Origin: an uncultured delta proteobacterium
GTDB taxonomy: Bacteria; Desulfobacterota; Zymogenia; Zymogenales; Zymogenaceae
Direction: 5' to 3'
Assembly (NCBI GenBank): GCA_963735595.1
Contig: CAVTLK010000005.1
Span: 416,001-480,000, forward strand
Length of the DNA stretch: 64,000 bases
The translations under genes and the position numbers were made by a program. Positions 33,148 through 43,386 of the stretch are shown one piece after another (within the stretch, counting starts at the first letter, position 1; every line of letters starts with the position of its first letter). The notes under the pieces were generated by a model that was given only the letters and a program-made list of their open reading frames with translations, had not been told where the DNA came from and searched no databases.

Positions 33148-34214
33148 TCAGAAATCAATCTCGGCCGGATCGACCTCGCGTCCTTCCCGCGCCGATATCT
33201 CCGGCGCCAGGGCAAATTGGAGTACCGCAGAGCGCGGTTTCGCCGGAGAGGATAGGGTCGCCCCCGCTCTTGATACAGGAGAAGAAGTGCCTGCCGGAGT
33301 CGATGAACGAATCGGCCCAGTCGTCCCTCAGGGCGTGGAAGCAGCGCGTCTCCCCGTCCCGATAGAGGACCAGAGACGGCTCCTGGATCAGATTGCCGGT
33401 GCACCGGTTGACGAAGATGACGCCCTCCGTTCCTACCAGCTCCATCTTGTCGTCACCGGCGTAATAGTCCGAATTGACCAGCATGTCGGGGGCAAACGTT
33501 ATGTCGTAGGCCCCGTAGCGGGCGCGCTGCCCTTCGCGGTATTTCCACATGATGAAGGCCGGTGCGTCCACAATGACGTTGGTGTGGTCGATCCAGGCGT
33601 AGACCTTTTCGACCTCCCCGCCGATGTCATAGGCCTGTGAGAACTTGTGGTAACCGTCGTCGAAGACGATGAGGCCGCCCCCTCCCTTTTCGGGTTCCAA
33701 TCCGCCACATCCACGCCTCCCCCGGTATAACCCATCCGCCTTTTCCCGCCGTAGTCAGCCGCATCCTGACGGTTATGAGCGTCCCGATCGCGCCTTCCGC
33801 GACTAGCTGCCTGGCCTTTACATAGGGCGGGTAAAAGACGAAGTTTTCGAATACCTTGAGGAGTACCCCGTTTTCCTTGGCGGCGGCTATCATGATCCGG
33901 TCCTCGGAGACGGCGATGGCCATCGGCTTCTGGACCGAGACGTGTTTCTTGGCCTGGGCGGCCGCCACCGCCATATCCCGGTGGAGGTGGTGCGGCACGA
34001 GCAGTTCGACGGCCTGGATATCGGGGTCTTTGAGGAGCTTCTCGTAGTCCGTGTAGGCCTTATTGGCGCCCCACTGCTCTTTTCGCTGTGCTGCCCGGTC
34101 CGGGTTCACGTCGCATACGGCAAATATCTCGGCATCCGGGCTTCGCTCATACGCCCGGGCGTGCAGGTCGCTGATCCGGCCGCATCCGACGATGGCGAAT
34201 TTGATCTTATCCAT
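33148..34214 (-). CDS. Gfo/Idh/MocA oxidoreductase (indels)
   Basis: IVGCGRIS, PHHLH, VQKPMA, GGG..FDDGYH. Confidence 0.88.
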
Positions 34215-34526
34215 GAGAACCTCCATGAATAGGCCGTGAACGGGCCATGAAAGGGGCGTGAAACGACAGATGAAACGATACCGGAAACCATCCGCGGGAG
34301 CGTCCCGACAGGATAGGCATCAGCCTCAATCCGAGGTGCGAGGTTCTCGATTCCGCATCCGAGAAGCGGACGATAACCGTGCCCCATGATACAGGCCGGC
34401 CGTCGGAAAATCAAGCACTTTGGCAAGCACTTTGGATCGGTCGGCCCAATTCGCCGCCCCGGGGCGATGAAACGGGGGATGATTCTTTTCTTGAAAACGG
34501 CCGGATAAATGTATTACGATTTACCA

Positions 34527-35564
34527 ATGTATGTGCGCATCGACGTCGTCTCCTCGGCCGACCCGGAGGACCCGGGTATCCGAGAATCAGGAAGTCCGCG
34601 AGGCGGGCGATCCCTGCGCGGTGGGGGATGTCGTCGTCGGGAGGGTTGCGAGCGTCGGCCGCCACGGGGCAATCGAGACGGTCGAGGGGTTGGAACGCCC
34701 CCTCGGGACGGGAGACTGCTGCTGCGTGGTCCTCGGGCGCCGCTACTCTACGGCGGAATTTTTCGCTGATATACCCGAGCGCCTATCCTCGGGGGAACGG
34801 CTTGACCTGCTGAACGTCGGGGGTATAGCCGGACGCATCATACCGGAAGCGAGCGCCGTTTCCAACCCCACCGTCCTGACCTATATCGGCCACGCGACCG
34901 ATGAGACGGGCAAGAAGCTGTCGACGTTCGATAGTCCGATCGCGCCCGACCCGCTGGATGCAAAGCCCGCCGTAATCCTCGTGATCGGTTCATCCATGGA
35001 TTCAGGCAAGACCACCAGCGCGGCCTTCATCATCCAGATGCTGACTCGGATGAGGGCTTTAAGGTCGGGGGGGCAAGCTGACCGGCACGTCCCGCATGAA
35101 AGACCTCTTCAGGATGAAGACCGCCGGCGCGTTGGAGGTCGTCGATTTTCTCGACGCCGGCTGGCCCTCCACGTACGGCCTGTCGTCGGAAGATCTCGAG
35201 GCGATTCACCGGGCGCTTGTGGGCGAGCTTGCCGGACGGGGGATCGATGTTATCGTGACGGAAGCGGCCGACGGCATTTTCGAGCGGGAGACCGAATAGA
35301 TCCTGTCTTCCCGGCGAGATCATGGATGACGTGACGATGATCGTTGCCTGTGCGACGGACAGTGTCTCGGCCTACGGCATGGTAACCTACCTGGAGCATG
35401 TTCATGGTATCGTTCCCGATTTCATTTCTGGAATCATTACTTCTCTGCCGCTTTTTATGGAAGAGCTGTCGCAGCGGGTGACTATCCCCTTTTTCGTCGA
35501 TTCGGAATCGGTCAGGAAACGCTGCAGAGAGCTGATTACTGGAGGGAGCGCCGGTGTTCGCTGA
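34527..35564 (+). CDS. DUF1611-like P-loop protein (indels)
   Basis: VLGRRYST, VIGSSMDSGKTT, KLTGT...KD, DFLDAGWPSTY, EAADGIFERET across frames. Confidence 0.7.
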
Positions 35565-36597
35565 ATTGAGGCCCGTCGCGGGCACAAAGGTATCGGATCG
35601 GATCACTATCGCCGAGAGCGCGAGCAGGCAGGATATATGTCTCTACTATTTCGGCCTCTGGGGCGCCAGGAAAGGCCCAACCCTGCTGCTGAACGCGGCG
35701 GTCCACGGCAACGAGGTGGTCGGGGTGGAGGTGGTCAGAACAATCGTTGACAAGATCGATCCGAACAAACTCTCGGGCAACCTCATTGCCGTTCCCATCG
35801 TCAACCCGATGGCCTTTACCTCGGGGCAGCGCTGGGACCCGTACGATAACATCGACATGAACCGGGTTTTCCCGGGGGACCCCGAAGGGACGATGACCGA
35901 GCGCGTCGCCCACAGCTTCTTTACGATCTTCGCCCGGCAGGCGGACTATATCATCGATCTCCACTCGGCGGAGTTTCCCGATGAGCTGATCCCCCATATC
36001 CGCATCCGGGTTGACCGGCCGACAAGGCCCTACCTCGACCTGGTGGCGTCAACCGGCATCAACGCGGTCTGGAAGGGCCCGTCGATCAAGGGGATGCTCC
36101 AGACCCAGGCGTTTCAAAGCAAGATTCCCTGCGTTACCGTTGAGATCGGGGCGGCGGGTGTCATTACGGAGTCCGACGTCCTGGTGGGAACGACGGCCGT
36201 GAAAAACGTTATGGCCGTCCTCGGGATGATCGACGAAAAGGCTTCGATCCCCGATCGGCAGATACTGCTCCAGTCCAATGAAGCATGGATCAGGAGCCCC
36301 TTCGGGGGGATATTCAAACCCGCCATCATGCTGGGGCAGTTCGTCAAGAAGGGAGATATCATCGGCGACATCATTGACCCGACCAGCTACAAGACAGAGG
36401 ATATCGAGTCGCCCCTGTCGGGAATAGTAACCGGAATCAGCCACCAGCCGATCGTTCGCTCCGGGACCCGCCTGGCGATGGTGGTGGATTTCGACAAGAC
36501 CCATCTGAAGCGTCACCTCGTACCTAGTCCGAAACTGCCGAACGCCGAGTACCGTCAAAACGAATACCTTGTGGCGTTGATGAAGGCCCTTTCTTAA
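35554..36597 (+). CDS. Succinylglutamate desuccinylase/aspartoacylase family (M14)
   Basis: VHGNE, DMNRVFPG, IDLHS, VEIG; C-terminal biotinyl-like barrel. Confidence 0.92.
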   Translation: MFAELRPVAGTKVSDRITIAESASRQDICLYYFGLWGARKGPTLLLNAAVHGNEVVGVEVVRTIVDKIDPNKLSGNLIAVPIVNPMAFTSGQRWDPYDNIDMNRVFPGDPEGTMTERVAHSFFTIFARQADYIIDLHSAEFPDELIPHIRIRVDRPTRPYLDLVASTGINAVWKGPSIKGMLQTQAFQSKIPCVTVEIGAAGVITESDVLVGTTAVKNVMAVLGMIDEKASIPDRQILLQSNEAWIRSPFGGIFKPAIMLGQFVKKGDIIGDIIDPTSYKTEDIESPLSGIVTGISHQPIVRSGTRLAMVVDFDKTHLKRHLVPSPKLPNAEYRQNEYLVALMKALS

Positions 36598-36610
36598 TCG
36601 GGGAGGAACT

Positions 36611-37942
36611 ATGCATACCGGGACCATAGTCGTTGACCGACGCGAGGTGCCGATCCGGGCCGTCGCGGACGTGGTGATAGCGGGCGGCGGGCCGTCCGGC
36701 CTTGCCGCGGCGATAACGGCGGCGCGAAAGGGCCTTTCAGTTGTCCTGATAGAGCGATACGGCTTTTTCGGCGGGCTCGCAACGGCCGGGTCGGTCGGGA
36801 CCATCTGCGGCCTCTACCTTCACCATCCCGACCGGGTTGAATATATCATCGAGGGATTCGCCAAGGAGCTGGCCGAGGCCCTTGTCGGGCGGGCGGGGGC
36901 CTTCGGCCCATTCATACGCCAGGGTTTTACGGCGCTCCTCTATAACCCGTGGCACCTGAAGCGTCTCCTGGACGAGTGGATCGGCCGGGAGAAGAATATC
37001 ACGCCGATGCTGCACAGCTACGTGGCCGACGTGGTACGAAAGGCAGACCGGATCGAGTCACTTCTGGTTGCGAGCCCCGAGGGCCTGTATGCGGTCAGCG
37101 CCGGTATTTATATTGACGCGACCGGAGACGCGTCGGTAGCCATGGCCGCCGGTGTCAGGACCGAAAAGGGCGACTCCCGGGGAGTGGTCATGAACCCCAC
37201 GATGATGTTTACCGTCCAGGGACTTGACCTGATCGCCTACCAGCAGAAGGGTATGGCCCTTCTCAACGACAAAATCCGGGAGGCGATCGCCAAAAAAAGC
37301 TACCCGCTCACGGTGGGCCAGGGGCTGGTCATCCCGACGTTTCGCCAGGGCGAGGCGATGATAAAGCTCTCGTCACTTGCCCGGGACGGGCGCGCGCTGG
37401 ACGGCAGCGTTGTTTCCGACCTCACGTATGCTGAGCTCAAAGGGCGCGACGACGCCGAGGTCACCATGGAATTCCTGAAAAAGGAGATCCCGGGTTTTGA
37501 AAACGCGTTTCTGTCCGATACGGCGGTCCAGGTGGGCATTCGGGAAACGCGCAGGATCGTCGGTAAATACGTCCTGACCGAGGCGGATGTGCTTTCGGGC
37601 AGGAAGTTCCCCGATACCATCTGTCTTTCCTCGTGGCCGCTTGAGAAATGGGAGGACGGCAGGGAGCCGGAGATGGCCTTGCTGCCGGAGGGGCTCTACT
37701 ACGGCGTCCCGTACCGAAGCCTGCTGCCCGCCGAGACGCAGAACCTGCTGGTTACCGGCAGGGCCATCTCAATGGATCACGGTGCGCTGGCCTCCGCCCG
37801 GGTAATGGGGGTATGCATGGCCGAGGGACAGGCGGCGGGCGCGGCATGCGCCCTGGCGGCAGCCAGCGGCGCAGGTCCTTCCGAGGTCGATATGGAACAG
37901 CTGCAGTCGGAGCTGAAAAAGGACGGGGCCCGTCTTTCCTGA
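36611..37942 (+). CDS. FAD-dependent oxidoreductase (FAD_oxidored family)
   Basis: GGGPSG, IDATGDA, GIRETRRIVGKYVLT, VPYRSLLP, GQAAG. Confidence 0.9.
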   Translation: MHTGTIVVDRREVPIRAVADVVIAGGGPSGLAAAITAARKGLSVVLIERYGFFGGLATAGSVGTICGLYLHHPDRVEYIIEGFAKELAEALVGRAGAFGPFIRQGFTALLYNPWHLKRLLDEWIGREKNITPMLHSYVADVVRKADRIESLLVASPEGLYAVSAGIYIDATGDASVAMAAGVRTEKGDSRGVVMNPTMMFTVQGLDLIAYQQKGMALLNDKIREAIAKKSYPLTVGQGLVIPTFRQGEAMIKLSSLARDGRALDGSVVSDLTYAELKGRDDAEVTMEFLKKEIPGFENAFLSDTAVQVGIRETRRIVGKYVLTEADVLSGRKFPDTICLSSWPLEKWEDGREPEMALLPEGLYYGVPYRSLLPAETQNLLVTGRAISMDHGALASARVMGVCMAEGQAAGAACALAAASGAGPSEVDMEQLQSELKKDGARLS

Positions 37943-38001
37943 CGCGGCCGGGTGCCCCGGCGACGACGCGCGGGACCCCGGTTCGATTGACGTGACACCT
38001 A

Positions 38002-38688
38002 ATGCATGGATACGGTTTGAGACAGCACACCCATAGCTGGCGCTATCTTTCGCTGCTCGTAATTATATTCCTGAGCGCCTGTACAACGATGCTTCCCGTC
38101 ACGAAGGGGATTCTTCATACGGTTGGGCCAGGAGAGGACCTGTGGCGCATCGCCGATGTATATGACCTGGACCCGAAGATCATTGCGGAGGTAAACGGAA
38201 TATATAATCCGGATGATGTCAACGCCGGCGATACGATATTTATCCCCGGCGCCAAGAAGCCGCTCGTGGTCCCCCCCCTGAGCATCGAGGAATTGGCGGC
38301 CAAGATCCAGAAGGGCGTCTTTGTCTGGCCGGTTCAGGGGATAATTTTTTCGCTTTACGGCCCCCGCTGGGGAAGGCTCCACGAAGGTATCGATATCTCC
38401 GCCCCGCGGGGGACCCCCATCGTCGCGGCAAAGGACGGGATCGTGATCGTGGCGGGGGGTAAGTCGGGATACGGCGGGTACGGGAATCTCGTGGAGATCA
38501 AGCATGACGGCGGCTTTACGACCCGGTACGCCCACCTTTCGGAGACGGTGGTCAAAGAGGGCGACGCGGTCAAGGCGGGAGACATTATCGGGTCCGTAGG
38601 CTGCACCGGAAGGTGCACGGGACCTCATTGTCACTTTGAGATCTTATACTATGAGGTGGCTCTCAATCCGCTCTACTTCCTTCCCTGA
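38002..38688 (+). CDS. LysM + M23 peptidase lipoprotein (NlpD-like)
   Basis: Lipobox LSAC, LysM domain, HEGID and PHCHFE zinc motifs. Confidence 0.92.
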   Translation: MHGYGLRQHTHSWRYLSLLVIIFLSACTTMLPVTKGILHTVGPGEDLWRIADVYDLDPKIIAEVNGIYNPDDVNAGDTIFIPGAKKPLVVPPLSIEELAAKIQKGVFVWPVQGIIFSLYGPRWGRLHEGIDISAPRGTPIVAAKDGIVIVAGGKSGYGGYGNLVEIKHDGGFTTRYAHLSETVVKEGDAVKAGDIIGSVGCTGRCTGPHCHFEILYYEVALNPLYFLP

Positions 38689-38759
38689 GGGGCCGTTCAC
38701 GCCGCCGGGGAAAACCGCACCGTGAACGGCCGACCGAACGGGCGAAAGGGTGCGGAGAG

Positions 38760-38788
38760 TTGACATTCGATAAAAATAATCATATCAT
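38760..38788 (+). promoter_or_regulatory. sigma70 promoter
   Basis: TTGACA-17-TATCAT. Confidence 0.7.
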
Positions 38789-38827
38789 GATTTCTCTATA
38801 TCCTTAAACAGTTTTGGTCGAGAGACG

Positions 38828-40024
38828 ATGTCGGATAAAGTTTCCGTATATATCGTATCAATGGGAGGAACCCCGGAAGCGGTCCGCGCGTTCATCTCGG
38901 CGTTTTCCTCCAGGTTTAAGATCCCCCCGGAAAGGATGCTGGATTTCAGCAAGAAACTCCCGGTGAGAATCGGCAGTTATGAACTTGAGAAGGCCAGGCA
39001 GTTCGGGATGGAGATCAAGCGAATGGGGGGGGAGGTAAGCCTCCGTCGGATCGAGGCGCAGGAGCCGATACCGGTAGGCACGCCGCCGGGTGGTGAATCC
39101 GCCGATTCCTGGGTTGTTCACGGCCACGCGGAATCCCAGGATGAGCTCAAGAGTATGACCGCGACGGACGGGGGGGCGCCTGGTGAATCCCCGCCCCTCA
39201 ACGAGTATTCGGGCGTATTCGACGACGTTGATCGGGCCCAAACGCCACCGCCCCCGAAGCGGACGATCGGCGGGAAGTTCGAAGCAAAACAAATGTATAC
39301 CGCCGATCAAGCGTTCGGATTGACAAAGGAGCGTTTCGAGAAGGTCAAGAGTCTCTATGCCGCCAAGGAGGCGAAAAAAACGGTAATCGGAAGCCCGGCC
39401 TTTAAGATACTGCTCCTCGTATTTGTGCTTGCCGCCGGACTGCTCCTTTACCAATACAAGGACGAGATCCAGACCCTTACCTTCGGCCTCAAGGAGGTTG
39501 TCGTTTCCGATGCCTATGAGGACCGCCTCCCGGACAAGGTCTCGGTGCCGGCCGACCTTACCGGCAATTACAGCGGAAGGCTCAGCTACACGACAAAGGC
39601 GGGCGAGAGCGCACTCGTGGATGTGACCCTGTTTATCGAGGGGAAGAACGTCCGCGACATCGTCGTAACCGTGTCGTCAACCGATGCCGAAATCGGCCCC
39701 TATCGGCTCAACGTGGAATATGCCCCGGGATACCTCGCATATACCAAGGTGGCAAAGAACGAGACGATCTATACCGTGGAGAACACCTTCCCCACGTCGA
39801 ACAACTCGGTGGGCCGAATCGACGAAAGGGGGAGATTCTCCATCGAGCTGGACGCGATAGATACGGGCGTCGACCCGAACGCGGTCCCCAAGTCCGAGAG
39901 AGATCATCTCGGTAACATGATCTTCCTCAGGATGGAGGGGGCGTTTGCCGGAAACGATACATTCTACGGGGGGATGTTGACCTCCGGCAGCCCGCTCGTG
40001 GGCTGGGAAGCCGGCAAGAAATAG
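38828..40024 (+). CDS. Hypothetical bitopic membrane protein
   Basis: 398-aa ORF with its own promoter, one central TM and a beta-rich C-terminal domain. Confidence 0.8.
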   Translation: MSDKVSVYIVSMGGTPEAVRAFISAFSSRFKIPPERMLDFSKKLPVRIGSYELEKARQFGMEIKRMGGEVSLRRIEAQEPIPVGTPPGGESADSWVVHGHAESQDELKSMTATDGGAPGESPPLNEYSGVFDDVDRAQTPPPPKRTIGGKFEAKQMYTADQAFGLTKERFEKVKSLYAAKEAKKTVIGSPAFKILLLVFVLAAGLLLYQYKDEIQTLTFGLKEVVVSDAYEDRLPDKVSVPADLTGNYSGRLSYTTKAGESALVDVTLFIEGKNVRDIVVTVSSTDAEIGPYRLNVEYAPGYLAYTKVAKNETIYTVENTFPTSNNSVGRIDERGRFSIELDAIDTGVDPNAVPKSERDHLGNMIFLRMEGAFAGNDTFYGGMLTSGSPLVGWEAGKK

Positions 40025-40131
40025 ACCGATCGATCCGGACGACCGTAGAACCTCCACCGATCCCTCGCGTTATAACCGCATTACCGCTCACCCTTCTCAA
40101 ACTACTGACGACCTCCGGGTACAAAAAGTTA

Positions 40132-40160
40132 TTGCAATTGACTTGCATATGTAATATTAT
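40132..40160 (+). promoter_or_regulatory. Putative Zur box overlapping the promoter
   Basis: Inverted repeat TGCAA-N5-TTGCA on TTGCAA-17-TATTAT, upstream of zur-znuACB. Confidence 0.6.
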
Positions 40161-40327
40161 TGTATTCATGCCGATCATACAAGGCCGACGGTGACCGCCT
40201 CGCATCACCTGCCGGCGAATAGAAATCGGCACCGCCGAAGATCGGGGATTTTGCCGTTATCGGAGGCTTGTCGACAGGGACGCGTTAACGGGAGCGCGTC
40301 GGAATCCAGGATGGGGGAGGGGTCGCA

Positions 40328-40762
40328 ATGACCGATGACCATTATACAATGGCTGAGCACGAAACGGGCGACGGGCTGTTGAGGGAAACCGGGCTCAGGA
40401 AGACGATCGGCAGGGTCAAGATAGTCGAGCTGCTCATGTCGGCTCAAAGGCCGCTGACCGGCGCCGAGCTCATCGCGCTGCTCGGCAGAGACGCCATGGA
40501 CCCGGCTTCGGTCTATCGGGTGCTTACGGTATTCACCGAACGGCGGATCGTCCATCGGATCGATGGCGCCGATAACGTGTCGCGCTACGCCCTCAATCGG
40601 GGCGCGGCCAACCACCCGCATTTTACCTGCCGCTCCTGCGGGAAAATGGACTGCCTGGAGGAGATTTCGGTGCCGCACCTCGACGTAGGCTCAGAGGGGT
40701 ACGTTGTTGAAGCGGAGAGCCTGGTTCTCTCGGGGCTCTGCGCCCGCTGCAACAAGAAATAG
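40328..40762 (+). CDS. zur: Fur family regulator, probably Zur
   Basis: ASVYRVL, HPHFTCRSCG, GLCARC; heads a znu operon. Confidence 0.8.
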   Translation: MTDDHYTMAEHETGDGLLRETGLRKTIGRVKIVELLMSAQRPLTGAELIALLGRDAMDPASVYRVLTVFTERRIVHRIDGADNVSRYALNRGAANHPHFTCRSCGKMDCLEEISVPHLDVGSEGYVVEAESLVLSGLCARCNKK

Positions 40763-40799
40763 AGGAACCGTGACGACATTGGCGAGGGAGGAAATTCTC

Positions 40800-41723
40800 A
40801 TGAAACCAGCGATGACGCGGTTACTGGCGGTCGGTTGCCTGATTGTTTTAGTCCCGGTTGCCATTGCCCTCGTATCATGCCGTCAGAACGACCAGCCGCA
40901 AGGTAAACTCACCGTCATGACCTCTATTTTCCCGATGTACGACATGGCGCGCGCGGTGGGCGGCGCCGATGTCGATCTCACGCTGCTCACACCCCCGGGC
41001 ACCGAGGCCCATACCTTCGAGCCGACCCCCGCAGACATCGTCCGGCTGGAAAAGGCTGATGTCTTCATCTATAACGGGGCCGACATGGAGCCCTGGGTGG
41101 CGGGGATCCTTTCGGGACTCAGGAACCCGGATCTGTTGGTCGTCGATACGAGTGACGGAATCACCCTCATTGCCGAAAAGGGTGAAGACGGGGGATGGGA
41201 CCCCCACATATGGCTTGATGTTGATAACGCCAAGAAACAGATCGATGCGATAACTGCGGCCTTTGAATCGAAAGACGCCGCGCACGCCGCCGATTATCGC
41301 GGAAGGGCCGAAGTCTACGGGCAAGCGCTCGATGAGGTGGATGCGCTCTATCGGGAGGGCTTAGGCCGCTGCGAAACGAACATGATCGTCTCTTCCGGTC
41401 ATTTTGCCTTTGGCTACCTCGCGTCCCGTTACGGCCTTACCTATACGTCGGTCTACGGCCTTTCGCCGGACGCGGAGCCGACGCCCCGACGAATAGCCGA
41501 GATTATCGATCTGGTCAAGAGCGAGAAGACCCGCTATCTCTTTGCCGAAGAGATGCTTGACCCCAGGCTTACGGAGTCGGTTCGTGAGGAGACCGGGGCC
41601 GAGATCCTGTATGTCTCATCGGGCCATGAGGTTTCGAGGGACCAGTTCGAGCGCGGGGTTACGCTCGTGGACATCATGAAGGCGAACCTTGAAGAATTCA
41701 AGCGGGGTCTCTCATGTCGGTGA
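40800..41723 (+). CDS. znuA: Zn ABC transporter substrate-binding lipoprotein
   Basis: EAHTFEPTP, DPHIW, HFAFGYL, AEPTP. Confidence 0.9.
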   Translation: MKPAMTRLLAVGCLIVLVPVAIALVSCRQNDQPQGKLTVMTSIFPMYDMARAVGGADVDLTLLTPPGTEAHTFEPTPADIVRLEKADVFIYNGADMEPWVAGILSGLRNPDLLVVDTSDGITLIAEKGEDGGWDPHIWLDVDNAKKQIDAITAAFESKDAAHAADYRGRAEVYGQALDEVDALYREGLGRCETNMIVSSGHFAFGYLASRYGLTYTSVYGLSPDAEPTPRRIAEIIDLVKSEKTRYLFAEEMLDPRLTESVREETGAEILYVSSGHEVSRDQFERGVTLVDIMKANLEEFKRGLSCR

Positions 41724-42499
41724 AAAAGCCCATCGTCCTGGACGTGAAAAGCCTTACGTTTGCCTATAACCACTGGCCGGTCATCGAAGACATTACGTTC
41801 AGGCTCGCCCAGGGCGACTATCTCTGGGTGATCGGGCCCAACGGGTCGGGCAAGACGACCCTCGTCAAGAACATCCTGGGTATCCTGCCGCCGAAATCGG
41901 GCGTAATCCGCCTCTTCGGGCAGGACCTCCGGGTATTTGACCAGTGGAACATGATCGCCTATGTCCCGCAGAAGATAGCGTTTTTCGACCCCTTCTTTCC
42001 CGCCTCGGTGAAAGAAGTCTGTGCAATGGGGCTCCTCTCGGAACGGGGCCGGCATCCCCGGCCGGGTGCGGGCGACGGCGCGCGGGTGGACGAGGCGCTT
42101 GAGCGCGTCGGCATCAAACATATCAGGGATCAGCGTATCGGGGAACTTTCCGGCGGTCAGCTGCAACGGGTGCTCCTGGCAAAGGCGTTGATAACGCACC
42201 CCCGGCTGCTGTTCCTGGATGAGCCGACCGCCGCCGTCGAGCCGTCCGTCAGGCAGGACTTCTTTGGGATCGTCGACGACCTGAACGCACAGGGTACCGC
42301 GATTGTCCTGATCAATCATGACATCGCGGGGATGAATATACACAACAACAAGATCCTCTATATCAATCGGCGGCAGGTCTTCTTCGGCGAGGGCGGGAAG
42401 TTCTGCCTGGCCGAGGACATGTCGGACTATTTCGGAAAATATCAGCACGTGATCTGTCACCAGCACGCGGAAGACGGTCAGGAAACGGGAGATGATTAG
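41714..42499 (+). CDS. znuC: Zn ABC transporter ATPase
   Basis: GPNGSGKT, LSGGQLQR, LDEPT, His/Cys tail. Confidence 0.9.
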   Translation: MSVKKPIVLDVKSLTFAYNHWPVIEDITFRLAQGDYLWVIGPNGSGKTTLVKNILGILPPKSGVIRLFGQDLRVFDQWNMIAYVPQKIAFFDPFFPASVKEVCAMGLLSERGRHPRPGAGDGARVDEALERVGIKHIRDQRIGELSGGQLQRVLLAKALITHPRLLFLDEPTAAVEPSVRQDFFGIVDDLNAQGTAIVLINHDIAGMNIHNNKILYINRRQVFFGEGGKFCLAEDMSDYFGKYQHVICHQHAEDGQETGDD

Positions 42500-42543
42500 G
42501 GCGGCTGCCGCCGCGGCGCGCCCACAATGGCGGGGTTCACGGT

Positions 42544-43386
42544 ATGTTTGAGCTGTTTACCTACGGGTTTATCCAGCGGGCGATGCTCACGGGGCTCTTC
42601 GTCGGCACGGCCTGCGCGGTCCTCGGCGTATTTCTGGTGCTGAGAAGATACGCACTGATCGGCCACGGCCTGACCCACGTCGCGTTCGGGGGGGTCGCCG
42701 TCGGGCTGTTGTTCGGCGGGCAGCCCTTCTGGGCCGCGCTCGCGGTGACGCTCCTTTCCTCGTTCGGAATACTCAAGCTCCAGGAGCGGGTAAAGGTCTA
42801 CGCGGACGTGGCCATCGGGATCGTATCGGCGGTAGGCATGGCGGTAGGCGTTGTTATCGCGAGCATCGCGGGCGGCTTCAACGTCGATCTGATGAGCTAC
42901 CTCTTCGGGAGCATCCTGACGATCGGAAAGACGGAATTTATCGTTTCCGCCCTGATATCGAGCATCGTGATTGTCTTTATCCTCCTGTTTTACCACGATC
43001 TTTTTGCGATGACGTTTGACGAGGAAGCCGCCCGTGCGATGGGGATCAGGGTTGACCGGTATAACTACTTCTTCGCCGCTGTCTCGGCCTTCGTGGTGGT
43101 GGTGGGGATGCGGGTTGTGGGGTTACTGTTGGTGGCCGCCCTGATGATCCTGCCGGCCACAACCAGCCTTCAGCTCTCTCGCACGTTTCGGGGCTCTCTG
43201 ATCATCGCGGCACTTGCCGCGATACTATCGGTGGTCGCGGGGATTGTGATCTCGTTCTGGCTCGATCTCCCATCGGGGGGAACGATCGTGCTGGTCAATT
43301 TCGCCCTCTTTCTCATTGCTTTCTGGATCAAGAAGCTCTTCCTCGAAAAGGGCGCGGCCGCGCCGAATTCAACCCCTCACTCGTGA
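42544..43386 (+). CDS. znuB: Zn ABC transporter permease
   Basis: LGVFLVLRR, YLFGSIL, PSGGTIV. Confidence 0.9.
   Translation: MFELFTYGFIQRAMLTGLFVGTACAVLGVFLVLRRYALIGHGLTHVAFGGVAVGLLFGGQPFWAALAVTLLSSFGILKLQERVKVYADVAIGIVSAVGMAVGVVIASIAGGFNVDLMSYLFGSILTIGKTEFIVSALISSIVIVFILLFYHDLFAMTFDEEAARAMGIRVDRYNYFFAAVSAFVVVVGMRVVGLLLVAALMILPATTSLQLSRTFRGSLIIAALAAILSVVAGIVISFWLDLPSGGTIVLVNFALFLIAFWIKKLFLEKGAAAPNSTPHS

Noticed and set aside
38691..38757. Possible c-di-GMP-I riboswitch (GGAAAACC...CGAAAG)
   Set aside because: Lacks the GACGCAAAGC-type core and lies upstream of the next promoter; more likely a simple hairpin after the M23 gene.
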